Positions 1-13,800 of a DNA stretch of 64,000 nt are shown here, piece after piece. Origin of the DNA: Klebsormidium nitens. Lineage: Eukaryota; Plantae; Klebsormidiophyceae. A program made the position numbers and the translations under genes. The first letter of the stretch is position 1, and every line of letters begins with the position of its first letter. Location: positions 135,501-199,500 of the forward strand of contig DF237054.1 of the NCBI GenBank assembly GCA_000708835.1. Direction: 5' to 3'. A model generated the notes under the pieces. The model was not told where the DNA came from. It searched no databases and saw only the letters and a list, made by a program, of their open reading frames with translations.

Positions 1-850
1 CTCCTGCATCTCCACAGCCCCAGGGCTGCACTCACTGCTCAGGTTGGGGGGCGAACGTGTCAATGGCTGGCGCCTCCTGCGCACAGCTGCCAATCCCGGA
101 TGCCGGGATGCCCACCCTTCCTGCCTCCTTGGCAGACTCATCATGGGCACTGCCTTGCCGCAAGGGTCCACATCAGCGAAGGAGATAGCCTGCCCTGCAA
201 GGTAGGGTGGCATTTGAGCATCTCTACCATGTTGGAGACTACCATGATCTGAGAGGAGGAGTTGCTTAATGTCGGGTCCATTACCTAAGCTATGTCTGCA
301 CGGCCAGACCACTGCATCCGCTGTGTGCATTTGAGTGGCGATCCTTGGCAAGACATACGCCGTCCTTTCCAAACCCCACAATCCAGCACATGGTGAAATG
401 GACCACAAAGTTAATAAGGAATCGGTACTGTCAAAACCGTTGCAAGCAGCTGTGAAACATTTTTTACAGTTTGCAGGGACTGCGAGGCTGTGAAACATAC
501 TACTGGTGGCTGAGAGGTATGGGGGGGGCGGTAACTCAGTCTGCCGCAGGGACACCAAATGTTAGGTCAAAATGCCGACGGGCTCCTCTGCTTTTTGGTG
601 CGTTATATATGAAGAGACGTCCTATGTTTCTTGTAAAGCAAATGTCCCACGTCTTATGCAACGAACGGGAGACATCAATCATAACACTCATACCTCGCGG
701 GAATTGCTCGAATACTCACTCTGCTCCTGCTGGTCCAAGCTGCTGCGATGGCGGTCCCCAGGATCCTCAACAGACTGCCTTGATTCGCCAGACTCCTTTA
801 CTAACGAGCCAATATGCGGCCGGTGACAGCTGCTGGCAGAAGCATCAGGG

Positions 851-1405
851 CGATGTGTCCAGCCATTTTTACTCAGCTCCCAAATGTAGATCCCTATTCT
901 TTTTCCAACAGACTGAACACACGGAACGTTAGACAGGATATTTCGACACAGATTCTAATTTCGAAACTGCCAGATGGACAAGCGGATCCAGGGTTTTGCA
1001 GGATTCCAGCCCTCAGCCAATCGCACGGCCGCAAAGTGATTCTGGGTCACGTGAGACAATCTATATGTGAATGAGTCTAGTGCTCACCTGCTGGTCCATA
1101 CTGCTGTTTTAGCGGTCCTTGGTTCATCCTTGTTTCTTCTGCTGTGTCCAGCCATATTTACTCAGCTCCAGCGTCGGGTCGGCATGTTAGCGTGCGCGCT
1201 CAGGATCCGGGACGGTACACTCGGCAACTTCTGACAAATTTTTTGACCCAGATTCTGATTTCGAGACTGCCAACCGATCTGGACTCTGCGAATGGGGATC
1301 TTCACCAGATTCGTTTTACAGGGCTTCAGCCATCTCCCCGTCTTTCAGCCAATCGGAACGGTCGTTGAAGATTCTCGGTCACGTGAGACAATCTTTATAT
1401 GTGGT
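851..1405. repeat. Degenerate ~300-bp tandem duplication (two copies)
   Basis: Three collinear matching blocks: tgtgtccagccat(t/a)tttactcagctcc at ~855 and ~1144; gattct(a/g)atttcga(a/g)actgcca at 951 and 1251; ggtcacgtgagacaatct at 1045 and 1377. Offsets are about 290-330 nt. Confidence 0.85.
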
Positions 1406-1803
1406 GTTTTCTAAGTTGGCACTGATTATAAGATTTCCACCCGATATTCAGGAACTTTAAGGGAGACCGTGCCGAAACCGGACGGTAGAGTGCAGGTGCA
1501 CGTGTCGACGAGTCGCAATAAAAGCGCGCCGCGACCGAGAGCCACAGCCATGACCAGATTCGCCGCGGCAAAACCGGCGGCCTTGACAATCAAGGTCCCT
1601 CGAGCAGCTCTACGATGAAAAGCTCGAGCCTGGCTGCGCTGCAAGCTGACCGAGATACGCTGCCTACGATACCGCAGCAGTCGTGACGCCTCACCTCCAA
1701 TCTGGCTCTCATCACTTACTTTCAGGGCAGCAGCGCGTCGAACGTACGGAGGAGACCATCGAACTGGCCAACCAAAGGTGCACTGCTTAGGCCGCTTGCC
1801 ATT

Positions 1804-2256
1804 GTGAGAGCGTTTGCAGTCAATATGGACAGGTGGGGAAACGTCGCAAGCCTGGAGGTGCAGGAGATAAGCGTTGCTCTGAACATGGAGGATACAGTGC
1901 TCCGCTTGTACGAGAAAATCTCTTGGATGGAAAGTCAACTGTTCCAAGCTTATGTCCAGGTGAACATTTTAAGGTCGGAGAACCTTATTTTGAAGGAGAA
2001 GCATGGCGAGGAAGTGAAGGTGCTGCAAGAAGAGCTCAAGATGGGCAGAATAATGGTGGACAAGTTGGTCACGGAGCAGAATGAGGCGACTTGCAAATTT
2101 TGCATTAAGATGTCCAAATTGGATCTGGTAAGGAGCTTCAGATCCTGCAGCAGTATATTGTGCTACATCTTCAATGAGAAATTGAAGTTGACTGTCTTGA
2201 AGCTCACTGGCTTTGATTGTTGCAAAGCAGGCTGGAAAGTTCTGAACTTGGTCTAA
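1804..2256 (+). CDS. Possible exon of a short coiled-coil protein (unrecognised family; may be a gene remnant)
   Basis: The open frame reads as heptad-like protein (LEVQEISVALNMEDTVLRLYEKISWMESQLFQAYVQVNILRSENLILKEKHGEEVKVLQEELK) and has a GTAAGG donor near 2128. The next plausible acceptor (~2289) gives a stop after 4 codons, and no clear ATG start was found. Confidence 0.3.
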   Translation: MRAFAVNMDRWGNVASLEVQEISVALNMEDTVLRLYEKISWMESQLFQAYVQVNILRSENLILKEKHGEEVKVLQEELKMGRIMVDKLVTEQNEATCKFCIKMSKLDLVRSFRSCSSILCYIFNEKLKLTVLKLTGFDCCKAGWKVLNLV

Positions 2257-4890
2257 CCAATGTGCTGACAGTTTTCTCTTGTCGAGCAGGATGCAATATT
2301 TTGAATCCTATCAACATCAAGGAAAGACCTTGAAGCTGAAAGCTTATCAGAAGGCTTTCAGATGTGTTCAGCAATAAATGATGTTTTTTGTACTATTAAC
2401 AAAGGATCACTAAAGATTTCTACAGGGGGTGCAAAAGGGAGCTATGGCGTATGTTGATGGCAATAGAGCTACAAGATAACACAGGATGTTCTGGTCAATT
2501 GTACAGTCTTCTTTCTCAGGACATTCCCACTGTTTCTGGATGCTCACATGGTTTCTAGTTGACTATGGGCCAGCGCTGACACATGCTCAATTCCTACTCT
2601 AATCATCAACATTTATAATAGTCTTTATGGGACCCTGAACTTTGCAAGGCCAAACTGCACTGTTAATACGTGGTCCATATGACACTCCCAAAACCAAGTG
2701 GAAGGGCCACCTTCTTAGCGCCCATGGTTGCTTTGACAGCCTGCAGAAGTTCAGCGCCTCAATTCCAACAAAACAAGACAGATCTAGAAACATGGCTCGT
2801 CATAAATGTCGAATTTCTCAAGGGGTCCTGCATTGAATTCTCACGTGTTTCCAGCTCCATGCATGTGTCTTTGGTACTACCGACAACCGGTTGGCATATA
2901 TCTGGAAGAAGGGACGTAATCAAGCGACCGCGAAGCATACTTCTGTGGCATTCTGTCGCCAGAGAATGATGTCAGCACTGCTCTCTGGGCGACACTTGAA
3001 GTTACGTACCGTACTGGTAGGGCCGTACAGCAGGCCGCGACGCGACCAGCGCGGCCGCGTGTTCTGGTATTCCAGCAAGCGCGCGCGCGCGGCCCGCCCA
3101 GGTCGCCCGTCGTTTCGACACTGAGTTGCATGATCTCAGCGCCCTTGTGAACAGAAAGAACATAGGAATAACATGTAATTTTTCCTGGAAACTTCAACGC
3201 GCCCTGCCAAGCTGGCTGGAATCATTGACTGTACTTTGATGTGGCATCGAGATTACTCGGTTTTGTGCACTGCGTTGATCTTCTGGTTTGGCATTCACCA
3301 AAACGTCAGTGGGAAAGATGGACGTGAGGTGGACACGTCTAGTAACTTACAAACATGCCCATGCTTGAAACGGACAGTCAAAGAAATGGGCAACGCTTGA
3401 CGTCCCCTTCCCGCCAGGACATCCAAACCGTAGGAACGATTTGTAGCCGCCCCCGCCGACATGGATCGACATACACGCACTTCAACCTTTAAGGAATCCA
3501 ATGAACTACAAGTTCACTGCCATGGCGGCACGCAAATGATGTTAAAGTTGGAGCATCATAGGTGATGCAACTAGACTTGGTGGCATTGGTCGCCTGCGGC
3601 GCCAAGATTGATGTCCACTCACAAGCAACAGACGACGGTGTCGTGTATCTTTCTTCGTCAGACCTGGAAAGACTTTCGAATTTTTCACGTCTTCTTTGTA
3701 CGTGTCACCATGTTTGTGTGGTTTCTGCACCAGGGAATCAGCAAGCCGTTCAGCGTTTCATCCGTCCAAAGCTGCACAAGAATCGTCCCACAGGATTACG
3801 ACAAAGACGTCATGGTATCGTTGGATAGGCGTAGGACTCGTGTCTTGTTGGTCGGCCCCAAGCGTCAGTTCCTTACAGAGTTCTCATGATGCGTGATCTG
3901 ATCGCAACCGGCGCAGCGATGAAAGTTGGTCTAGCTCTATCAGACGCCCATCAGACGCTTGGCTCTAGCTTTTCCATTTGCAATCAGCATCGATCAATGT
4001 GCACCGCTACAAAGATTGCGTCATAAGGCTTGATTACAAGGTCGTTTTATCCTAAGTACACTGTACACGTTTGAGCTCCGGGTAGTATACTTATAACAAG
4101 GAATAGGCTCTGCTCAAATCAGTGCACGAGTGATTCGACTGGGACTGACCTTGAGAACTAAGTCACGATGGTCCCTCATGGGGTCTACTTAACTTCTACT
4201 TCAAATCTACTTAACTTAGAGAAAACGTCGTTAAAATGGCCAAATCATGCGTTATGTAAAAGTCCCCAGGAGAGAGACATAACTTTCGGTAAAAGCGGTA
4301 GCAGCAGATGCAAGACAGGCGCTGTGTCAGGAACGGATTTGCGGATCGGGATGATCAGATAAGAAGCAAGACATCGCGATCGGCAGATGGTTACGCAAAT
4401 ATGACCGTTCTGAGTTGAGCACGGCGCACCGCATACACTGATTAAACGCTCACTAGTGCCAATGCATTCGTTTTCAGAAGACCACGCACCAACCGTTGAA
4501 AGGCGTGAAACCCAAAGTAACGCAGCGCAGGCACATGAAAGCCAATCACACATATAAGAGAGGCAAAATGGTGCATGAACGGAGCGGCAGTAAATGAGTG
4601 TATGCCTCCAGGAAAAAGTATGATTCGTCCTATGAGAATCTCCACTGTACTTGCTGTGCCGCTATCCGCTCTCAAGCCTGCTATTTTGCTAGTGCGGTCA
4701 AGCAGTGACCGTGAGCTCAATGAGTCAGTCCTGCGCAAACCCAACAAACACAAACCCTCACACTGACCTACGTGCGCGCCCTATCCTTACGTAGTACAGT
4801 CAATTGCTACCCAAACCCGTCGAACCTGATACCAACTAACTTAGCAAGGTTGAACTATGCTAACACCTCTAAGATGTAAAGAAATTCACA

Positions 4891-7800
4891 CTATTGGGTC
4901 GTTTTCTCTTCCGGCGCTTGAGCAGGGTTCATCTTTAGGTGCAGTCGCCCCGCCCCTGACGGAACGGAAGGCGGCTTCCACGGACCTTTCCGTTTCCGGG
5001 GGGTCCCGGGAGGTGTGCTCGCCGCACTCGAAGGCCCCCCCGACGCGGAACTCTCTTTCCTAGACCCGGGACCACCAGAATCTACCACCTTATCCTCTTC
5101 GCTTACACTCGTCCGAGAGTCCTGCGACAGAGAGCCGGACTTCCTGCCTGGGGTTTTCGCCTCGGTCATCTTCTCTATCGAGTTTCCGGCGCTTCTGGTG
5201 CCCGGGATCCGTCCCCGGGGTTCCGCCAGTCCGCCCCGCGGATTCCGCTGGCTGCTCACGGCAGAAGACCCCGACTGGCTCCGGGTAAGCGCCGCTCGTG
5301 GGGATGTCGGCGTGGAACGGAAACCGCTGGCGGCCGGAACGGTGCTTCCGGGAATCTCAACGTAGCTCTTCGCGGTTTTCGCCCCTTCAGCGTTACCTCC
5401 GCGCTCGCTTTGCGTCGGAACCGTCAGCACAGGCGGCCGCTTCGCTTTCGTGCCGTTCTTCGCGTTCCGTTCCACTTCCGGTCGTATGTCCGGAACGGTA
5501 ACGAAACCCGTCAGAGCATCTTTTGCATCTTGGAGCGTCTTCGGATCCTTCCCTTCGTCAAAATGACGCCAGCTTTGAGTCCTGGAGGGTGGTTGGGCGC
5601 CCAGGTCATTCCGTCCCCCGGAGTGCCGCCTGCTTTCCGCTCGGGAAGATCCGCCGGAACGGCCGGACGGGGTCGGGACTTCGGACAGTGAGAGGGGCGT
5701 CGGGAGCCACGGGTCGTCCGAAGAGATGTCGTGCACGGTGACTTCCAACCGGGCTAGATTGCCGCTGTCGGAAAGGAGTGACTCCAACCGGGGGACGTCA
5801 CCGACCGTCTGGCTCATCGTCTCTTCCCGCATCCCTGCATCAGTTCGGAATGCTTTGTGAGATGCTTGCAGATGAGTCAGTCTTTCTCCGGTGTTCGAGT
5901 GATATAAAGAAAGCAGTTTATTTTAACGCTCTTCAAATCCGGACATACGAGATAAATCTTCTTAATTCGAACGTGAAAGACGCGTCGGGCGTGCAACTTG
6001 CAAGGTGCTGTCTTCTCCGCTTTTACCTTAACCAACTTGTTCTTCCAAGCCAACATAGCCAGCGAAATGTAAAATAGATTGGTGCCTTCACTTTGCTGCA
6101 ACTTTAGACACCAATCTCGGCATGACCGAAGGTCCAACGACATTCCGAGATACAAAGTAGTAGTTATAAGTCCTAAGTCTTGATTAAACTGGGCCTACGA
6201 TGTGACTGCTAGCAGCGTTCACGTGTGATATTTCTATCCGCTAGGATGAACTGAACCACATCGTATCAACAAACTGGAATTCTAAGGTTTACAGGACTCT
6301 CCAAGCGGCTAATGACCCGCGAATTTCAAAAGCCCCTGTTGTTCCGAGTCCAAGTCTTCTACGGTTCTACTTGGGACCTCCAAGCGGTTGGATATCAAGA
6401 ATAAGGTAGCATCAGCATTGGACGATGAAAATGCCCAGCGACATATAAGCCACAGCGAAGCTCGATAAACAAACACACACCCACCAATCTTTGTACTTTA
6501 GCGTGTTGACGACTCCAGTGATTTCAAAGAAGAAAGAAGAAATGATCGAAACGGTAAGTAATTTTATTGATCTGCTTACCCATCGTAAATTGCTCCACGT
6601 GCTCCTCAAACCCCTCGCTCGCGCGGTCGCTCCGCGGGCTCGCGGCCGCGTCAAGCGCACTGAGCCGCCGGCTGGATCCTCCGTCCAGGCTGCTGACGCT
6701 GCTCTCCATGCTCGCGCGCACCGATCGCTGGATTGACGTCACCTCCAGCGAGAGAGCGCTCGCGCGCTCCTCGACCACCGTGTTCTGGCGCGAGAGCGCG
6801 CGCAGCTGCGCGAGCTCCTTCTCGTCGGGTGCCATCTCGCGCACCATGGTCGCGATGACGCGCTGCAGGCAGTAAAGTAAAGTTTGAGTTGAACATTCGG
6901 CTCTGAATAGTATAATGCGGGTTGTATGGTTGAAAACAAGGGTTTCGGGTTATATTTCGCATCGAAGGAATCTGGACCATATGTATGTCAAGAAGCTGTA
7001 GCCACGACCATCTTCAAGAAACAAAATCAGCCTGTAAACGGATAAAAGTCCGTGCGTTCTTACGCAACTCAGAACTCTCTCTTCGTATTTTAAAAGTCAT
7101 TTTCTTTGAGATGAACTCGTGGAGGACAGAACCTGAATCAAACCTCAAAGTCATGGTACCTGATTCTTAGCAGTACTCTGTGTGCCATAATCAGACGACA
7201 TGAAAAAGCGGATGCAAACTTGCAGTCTTCAACGGCGACTGGGGCTATCGTTTGATGTTGTATTGGCGAGAAGCACCAAAACTGAGGGATGAAGCTATTT
7301 TGTCTTTCTGATTGCCGGAGTGCACTGGTCCAAACGAGTGAAATCAAGTCGAAAGCTTATCAAGATATCAGGCCTTTCGAAATTACATAAGCCCAGTGCT
7401 CATGAACGAAGCCCGAGACACTATCTTTAACTGATTGTCAGGCTACAAAAATGAGCCGATGCAAACTTGCAGTCTCGAAGGCTACTGGGGCTCCCTTTAC
7501 TTCATCAAACTCCTGATGAACGGCGAGAAGCACCAAAAGGAGACTGGATATCTGTGTTCTCTTCGCGTTTGCCAAAATGACCCAGCCTAAATGGAGTTGT
7601 GTTGCAGAAATTCATGAGGCCTGCTTAATTTACACGAACTGTGTTCACGCGTGAAGCGGGCCTCACCTGCAGATGCTGCACTTGTTGCCGCAGCGCCTCC
7701 TCCCCTTCGCTCCCTGCGGCCGCGCGCGGCACTACCATCCACAGCTCGTCCGCGTGTCCGGCCACTCCCGACTCGACACGTGTCCTCGTCACCTCCAGAA

Positions 7801-10800
7801 CCTCCGCGCGCAAAACCTCGCACCGCGCCTCGCACTCCTCGAGCGCGCCGCGAAGCCATGAGATCTCGCGTTCCGAGTCCGCGCGCGCGTCCGCGGACTC
7901 CGTTGCCTGCTGCTTCAGCGCGCGCTCGAGGCGCGCGACCTCGCGCCGGAGCGAGGGGACCTCCTCGTGGGCGCGCTCGCGCGCGCTCAGCAGCGACGTC
8001 AGGCTGACGACCTGGTCCCGGAGCTCCTGCTCGACGGAGTCGCCCGCGAACGACACGTGGTCCATCTGCAGCGCGAGCGGTTCAGACCGCGCTTTGCGGA
8101 CCGGTGCCCCGTAGAGAAGGTTATCTTCAACCGATTCTGACATCACATCTTCCGTTCGCTCGTTACGGTCCGCTTCTTCTGTCCGCTCGATAGGGAGAGT
8201 TTTCGTGATGACGTCGTTGAAGTGCCGTCTTCCGGCCCCTTCTCCGCCCTCCTCAGCGGAACGCTGCAGCGTGGCTGGCGCCGAGGCCGACCGGAGCCGC
8301 TCCGCCGCGACCGCCTCCCAGGCCAAAACCTCCAAACCCCGCAGGGACGCGCGGCGCAGGCCCACGATCATCGGCGGCAGCGCGGCCGCGGTCTCGCTCT
8401 TTGCGCGCGGCTTCCCCTCGCGGCCGGCGCGCGCGCCAAACTCCTCTTCCGGTTCCCGCCCGGCCACCGGCTCCGAAACGGTGAGCGACAGGCGGTGCAT
8501 GATGCTCGCGCCCAAACCCTCCAAACCCTGGATCCGGCTCGCGCGCAGCGCCTCCGCGGCCGCGACGAGCGCCGCCTCGCGGTCGGCCAGCTCTGCGCGC
8601 AGGCTCAGCAGCTCTTCCTTCACGATGGCCACGTCGGCCTCGCGTTTTCTCGCCAATACTAGCTCCTCCCGCAGCCTCGCCACGAGCGCCTCCAGCGCCT
8701 GCCGGCTAGTATGTTCCTCGCTCTCGTTCTCGGAGCTGATGGTTGACGTCGGCGTGACGTTGCGCTGCTGCCGGCCTGCCAGCTGGCGCCTCAAGAGGGC
8801 CACTTCGAACATGAGGGCGGGAAGTTCTACGAGCGCCTGATGGTACGTTTCCAGGTTCCCATTAACCAAGGCGATCTCTGTGCCCAGGGTTGCTAAGTTT
8901 CTCTGACGGTCCACCTCCTCTCGTTGTGATCCATTCCCGGCTAGGACTTCGCCGAAAACATTCTTGCCAGCAGAAAAGCCCTCGTCAAAGTGTTCCGGAA
9001 CAACTCCGTCTGGGGTTATCCCGTCCGTTCTCCCGACGGAAACCTTCCCAATCTCGACCCGCTGTGGCAACTCGAACGAACTCGCCCTGACGTCACACCC
9101 CAAAAGCATGCTCTCCAGGCGGCTGACTCGCGCCGGCAGATCAAACGAGTCCTTGCTCGAAGCACTTTCAAACCGGGTGGGAAATGCAGTCTCTGCTGAG
9201 TCGCCTGCTTCCTCGGTTGAGATCGAACGGTCCCCAATATCATCATCGGCTTTCGCATTCACACCAACCACCGTGTCCGGTGTGAATACCCCGAGCACTC
9301 CCTCGGGCGGGTCGACGGCGGATGAAGGGTTCCTGGTCTGCTCCCCGGTGGACCGCCCCGACAGCATGCTCTCCAGCCTGGTTATCCGCACCGGCAGGTC
9401 GAGCGACTCCGCTGGCGACCGCTCGTTATTTTCTTGCAGTCCCTTCTGTTTCGCTTCCGCTTCCTCTCCAGTTCCGCTTCCGCTGACGGTCTCGCTCCCG
9501 CCCCCGCTTTCGGACTCGCTTCCGATTCCGTTTCCGTTTGCAGTCTCTCGCAGCATACTTTCGACCCGGGCTACTCGTATCGGAAGGTCTAACGAGCCCT
9601 GGGGTGTCCGTTGCTCTCCGTGGCCGCTTCCGCTTTCGCGTCCGTTTCCGTTTTCGTTTTCGTTTCCGTTTCCGGAATCCCGCTGCATACTCTCGATCCG
9701 GGTTACTCGTACCGGTAACTCGAACGAGCCCTGGGGCGTCCGTTCCTCTCCGTGGCCCGTTCCGTTTCCGCTTCCGCTTTCGGTTCCGATTCCGTCTCCA
9801 ATCTCTGGCAGCATACTGTCAAACCGGGTCACTCGTACCGGTAACTCAAACGATCCCTGGGGCGTCCGTTCCGGTGTGGCACCAGGCGAAGGCCCAGGCG
9901 AAGGAGCGACGGGGTTCCAAGCACAGCCCAGCAGAGGTTCCGCTGTTCCGCCCGATGAAGGTTCCGCCGTTCCGGCCTGAGATCGCAGCGTGTCTATCGC
10001 CTGGGAGACGGGACTGCCGGCAGCATTGCCGGTGACGCCCGTGAATGAGGCGCTGAAGCTTCTCGTTCCGCCGGAACATCCCGTTCCGGCTGCAGTGGAT
10101 TCCGCTCTAACAGTGTTGAGGCGGAGCCGTAACTCCGCGCACTGCTCGCGCAGGGCTTCCAGCTCGAGACGCTCGGCGGCTGCCAAGGCAGGCGCAGCAG
10201 GATTCACGCCATCCTCTGCGGAGCGGCAAAAGCACGTGATTTATAGCCTGCCTATGGCCGTACATATATTGCACCAGAGAGAAAAGGGAGAAAGCAAGTC
10301 CGATCGAGTGTAAGATAAAGTGTGAGACCTTTCAAACACAGCCGCTCGCTGTGACGTGAATTTGAGGGGCTGCGTGTCAATTGATTGTTTGTCGCAAGTT
10401 TGTTACAGTGCATCGCTCGTACCTGGGAAATCTTTGGATTCTCGAAGACATGAGAGGTCACCACTACGGGCCGCTTACCCATGGCGACCGGTTCCTCAAA
10501 GGCGGTGATGACCTCCGCCTCTTCTCTCGGAACCTCTCGTGGTAAATGTTCGGGGACGCCGGTCTGGTTGGGCAACGGTTTTGCAGCCGAGCTCGCTTCC
10601 AGCATGGATTCAACCTGCAAATGAGATGCGCTTTAGATCTTGAAAACAGTTACGCAAAGCATCATACAAGATGGGTCGGGTTCACAAGCCAAGAACTAAA
10701 TTCACCTAAACAGGAAAGACCCAGATTGGAGAAGCGTGCAAGATTGCTTCGGATTCAAAGCTTCGAAGCCAGAAAACGGTTCTCCTTACTCACCTCGTCA

Positions 10801-13800
10801 CTTGTTTCTGTCCCCGCAAGTGGTACGTGCCCGCTCGCGCTCAGGTTCTGGACGATTCCATGCTCTCCAAGCTTCGGCGGAATGACGATTCCGCGCTGTC
10901 CAAGCTCCGGCGGCGGAATGACGTCGGCAGAAATACGTCCGGCTCGCAAAGTGTCCAGCTCGCGTTGGAGAGCTGCGAAAATCGTGCAAATCAAAACCTT
11001 AAGTCCCCAAAGATTCTGTCTAAAGTACGCAATGCTGTTGATGAATGAAGCAACCGGTCATGACACTTCTTTCCAGAAAGGACCTCAGTACAAATGAATG
11101 AAGCGTTTCGCACATGTGATTTTGAGGGCATTAGGGAGATTATCGTTTCTACTTGAACAGGCTTAGACAAACAAGTCTGTTCGTCGGACCCCAGGAGCAA
11201 GCAGTACCCCTCTTTCGCTGTAGCTTCTCGTCATGTTTGTATGTTGAACGTGAAGCAAAATCCTCACCGGTCGCTCTGCCTTCTGCAGCCTCCAGTCCCG
11301 CTTTCAGTTCCGTCACAAGCTCTTCCGCTCCTGCCACGATGGCGGAATGAACCAGATCGTCGACTCTGTTTCCAGAGTAACCACCGTCGGTCCTGTTCAA
11401 ACCGCTCTGGGATCCGCCCACGCCTTCCGTCTCTGCCTCCCCTTCCATGCTTTCGGGCTGAGTCGACTTAGTAAACGTCGGCCTGACGTCATCCTGCCGG
11501 AGGTTTGCCAGCTGGCGCTTGCAAAGGGCCACTTCAAACATCAGCGCGGGGAGCTCTGCTAATGCCGCTCCGTACGCTTCCAGCTCGGGACTTTCCACCG
11601 GGCACGTCTTCTGCTGTTCTTGTGACTGGGTTGACTGCCCGGTTACGCCTAAACCGGGCCCACTCTCTCGACTTTCTCCAGTCTGCGTCAACCCCTCGGT
11701 TACTTCCCCCGGTTGGTTCAAAGAGAGGGCGCCGAGCATGCTTTCCAGGCGGGCCACTCGTTCCGGGAGTTCAAAGGCGTCGGAAGATATCCCGGCAGAC
11801 CCGTTGGAAGAGATCATGCTCTCCAGCCTAGTTACGCGCACCGGTAGGTCGAACGATCCGGAAGGCGACCGCTCGGTGGACTCCTCAGGGGTTTGGTCGC
11901 CGGAAGGCGGGGTGTCTTTGATGCTCTTCCGTTGGGTCACTCGGACGGGCAAGTCAAAGGAGTTGCTGGGCGACCGGTCCGCAGTGAAATGCTGCTCCTG
12001 GTCGCCGAGCAGGATAGATTCCAGCCGACTGACTCGCACGGGGAGGTCGAAGGATCCCAGCGGCGACCGGGATAGCCCATCTGCCGGTTCGGTTAGCAGA
12101 ACTTCCGCTTTCTGGTCGCCGTCCAATTCTGAACTATCGTGCGCTGATTCATTTTCCGGTCCCACATTCAGTTCCTGAATGTGAGTCCCAGCGATGGAGA
12201 CCCCTCCACCTGACGCCGTTTTCCCGACAGCCGTAGCGCTCTCCCCTGAATCTCGACTTTCTCGCCCCGTCTCTCCGGACTCCGTCTCGTCTGTCTCGGT
12301 ACCGTTCTCCTCCGTGTCCTTCCGTTCCGTTACAGTCTCGCTCGAAAGTTCCGCCGGAGCTTCTCCATCCTTGACACCCCGCCCGGTCACCTCTGCCGCC
12401 GTCTCCGTGTCTCTTCCTGCCAGGTACAACATCCGTACCAACTGCTCATTCTCTTCCCCTTTTAACTCCGCTTCTCTTCGTACCCTTTCCAATTCATTCT
12501 CCACCCTCTCCAATGTAGAAACCAGCTCTTCCGTCTCTCTCTTCGCCGCCTTCAGATTGCCACCCAGAGTCTCTTTCTCATTCAATTGCCGCGCCTTGAT
12601 CTCCGAAACCGTCGACAGCGCCAGGGTGATGTCCGCCCCCATCATCTCCGTAAACAACCGTAACTCTGAAGCTAACCCGTGTTTACCGCTCGATAAGCTT
12701 ACCAACCCGCTCAGAAGCTTCGCTCTCGCTCCAGCCATCCCCTCTTTCTTTCCCCTCGAGAACCTCTCGTTCGTTTCCAAGGTCTCTTTCAGCGCCTCAA
12801 TCTCTGATCTCGCGCTTTCCAGCTCCGCTTGGGAAACCAAGATTCGTGCTCTGCCTTCTTCGACCTCCCTCTCAGCATCCACACATCTTTTCTGTGTTCC
12901 TACGATCTCTCCCTTCAACCGTACCGTCTCTTCCTCCAGCACTCTATTAGAATCAGCCCCGGCCGCCACTTCCTCCTCCAGCCGCCGCTGCACTGATTCT
13001 AACTCCCGCCCCCTACCCTCCTCGGCGCTCTCCAAGTCCGCCACTCTGTTTTCCGCCACTTCGAGCGTTGCCGAAACCTCCCTAAACCTCTCCCCCGCGG
13101 CCGCGGCCGCGTCGCCCATCTCCGCGACCCTCAAACTCGCGGCTGCCAAGTCTCTCTCCAGCGCCGCCAAAACCTCGCCAAACCTCTCTCCCGCCGCCGC
13201 GGCCGCATCGCCCATCTGCTCGATCCTCAGGCCCGCGGCCGCCAGATCGCTCTCGAGCCTTGCCGTCTCTTCCCGCGCACTCGACAGCTCGCGTTCCGTT
13301 TCCGCTGCCGCTTGCCTGAGGTCTTCCGTTTCCGTTAGAGCGCCCGCCAGCCGCGCCTCCGCCTCATCCCGGGCCCTTTCAGCGGCCGTCACTTCGGTGC
13401 TTAGGTCAGTATGCGCCTTCTTAGCCGCTTCCAGCTCGGAGCTGACGTCAGAGTGGCCGTTATGAGCCGCCTCTAGCTCCGCTCGAACGTCAGCATGCGC
13501 CTTTTGGGCCGTCTCCAGCTGTTCGATGACGTCGGCACGCGTCCTCTGGACCGCCTCCAGCTCCGAGATGACGTCAGCGTGGGCTTTCTGAGTCTCCTCC
13601 AACTCGTGCATCGCCTCAGAGCGCGCCCTTTGCTCTGCCGCCAGCTCTAGGCTGACGTCACCATGCGCCCTCTGCGACGCCATCAGCTCTGCGCTGACGT
13701 CCGCATGGGCTTCCTGGCTTGCCACCAGTGCGGCTCTAACGTCAGCATGTTCCTTCTGGGCTTCTTCCAATCTTGCCCTGAAGTCAGCCTGGGCCGTCAG

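Noticed and set aside
1-470. Possible minus-strand exon (acceptor near 195, donor near 36)
   Set aside because: One frame is open but the translation is unrecognisable, and no partner exon can be linked within the window.
2600-3900. Scattered splice-like signals and short ORFs suggesting a minus-strand gene or transposon remnant
   Set aside because: No consistent phase chain or recognisable domain could be built, and most frames contain stops.
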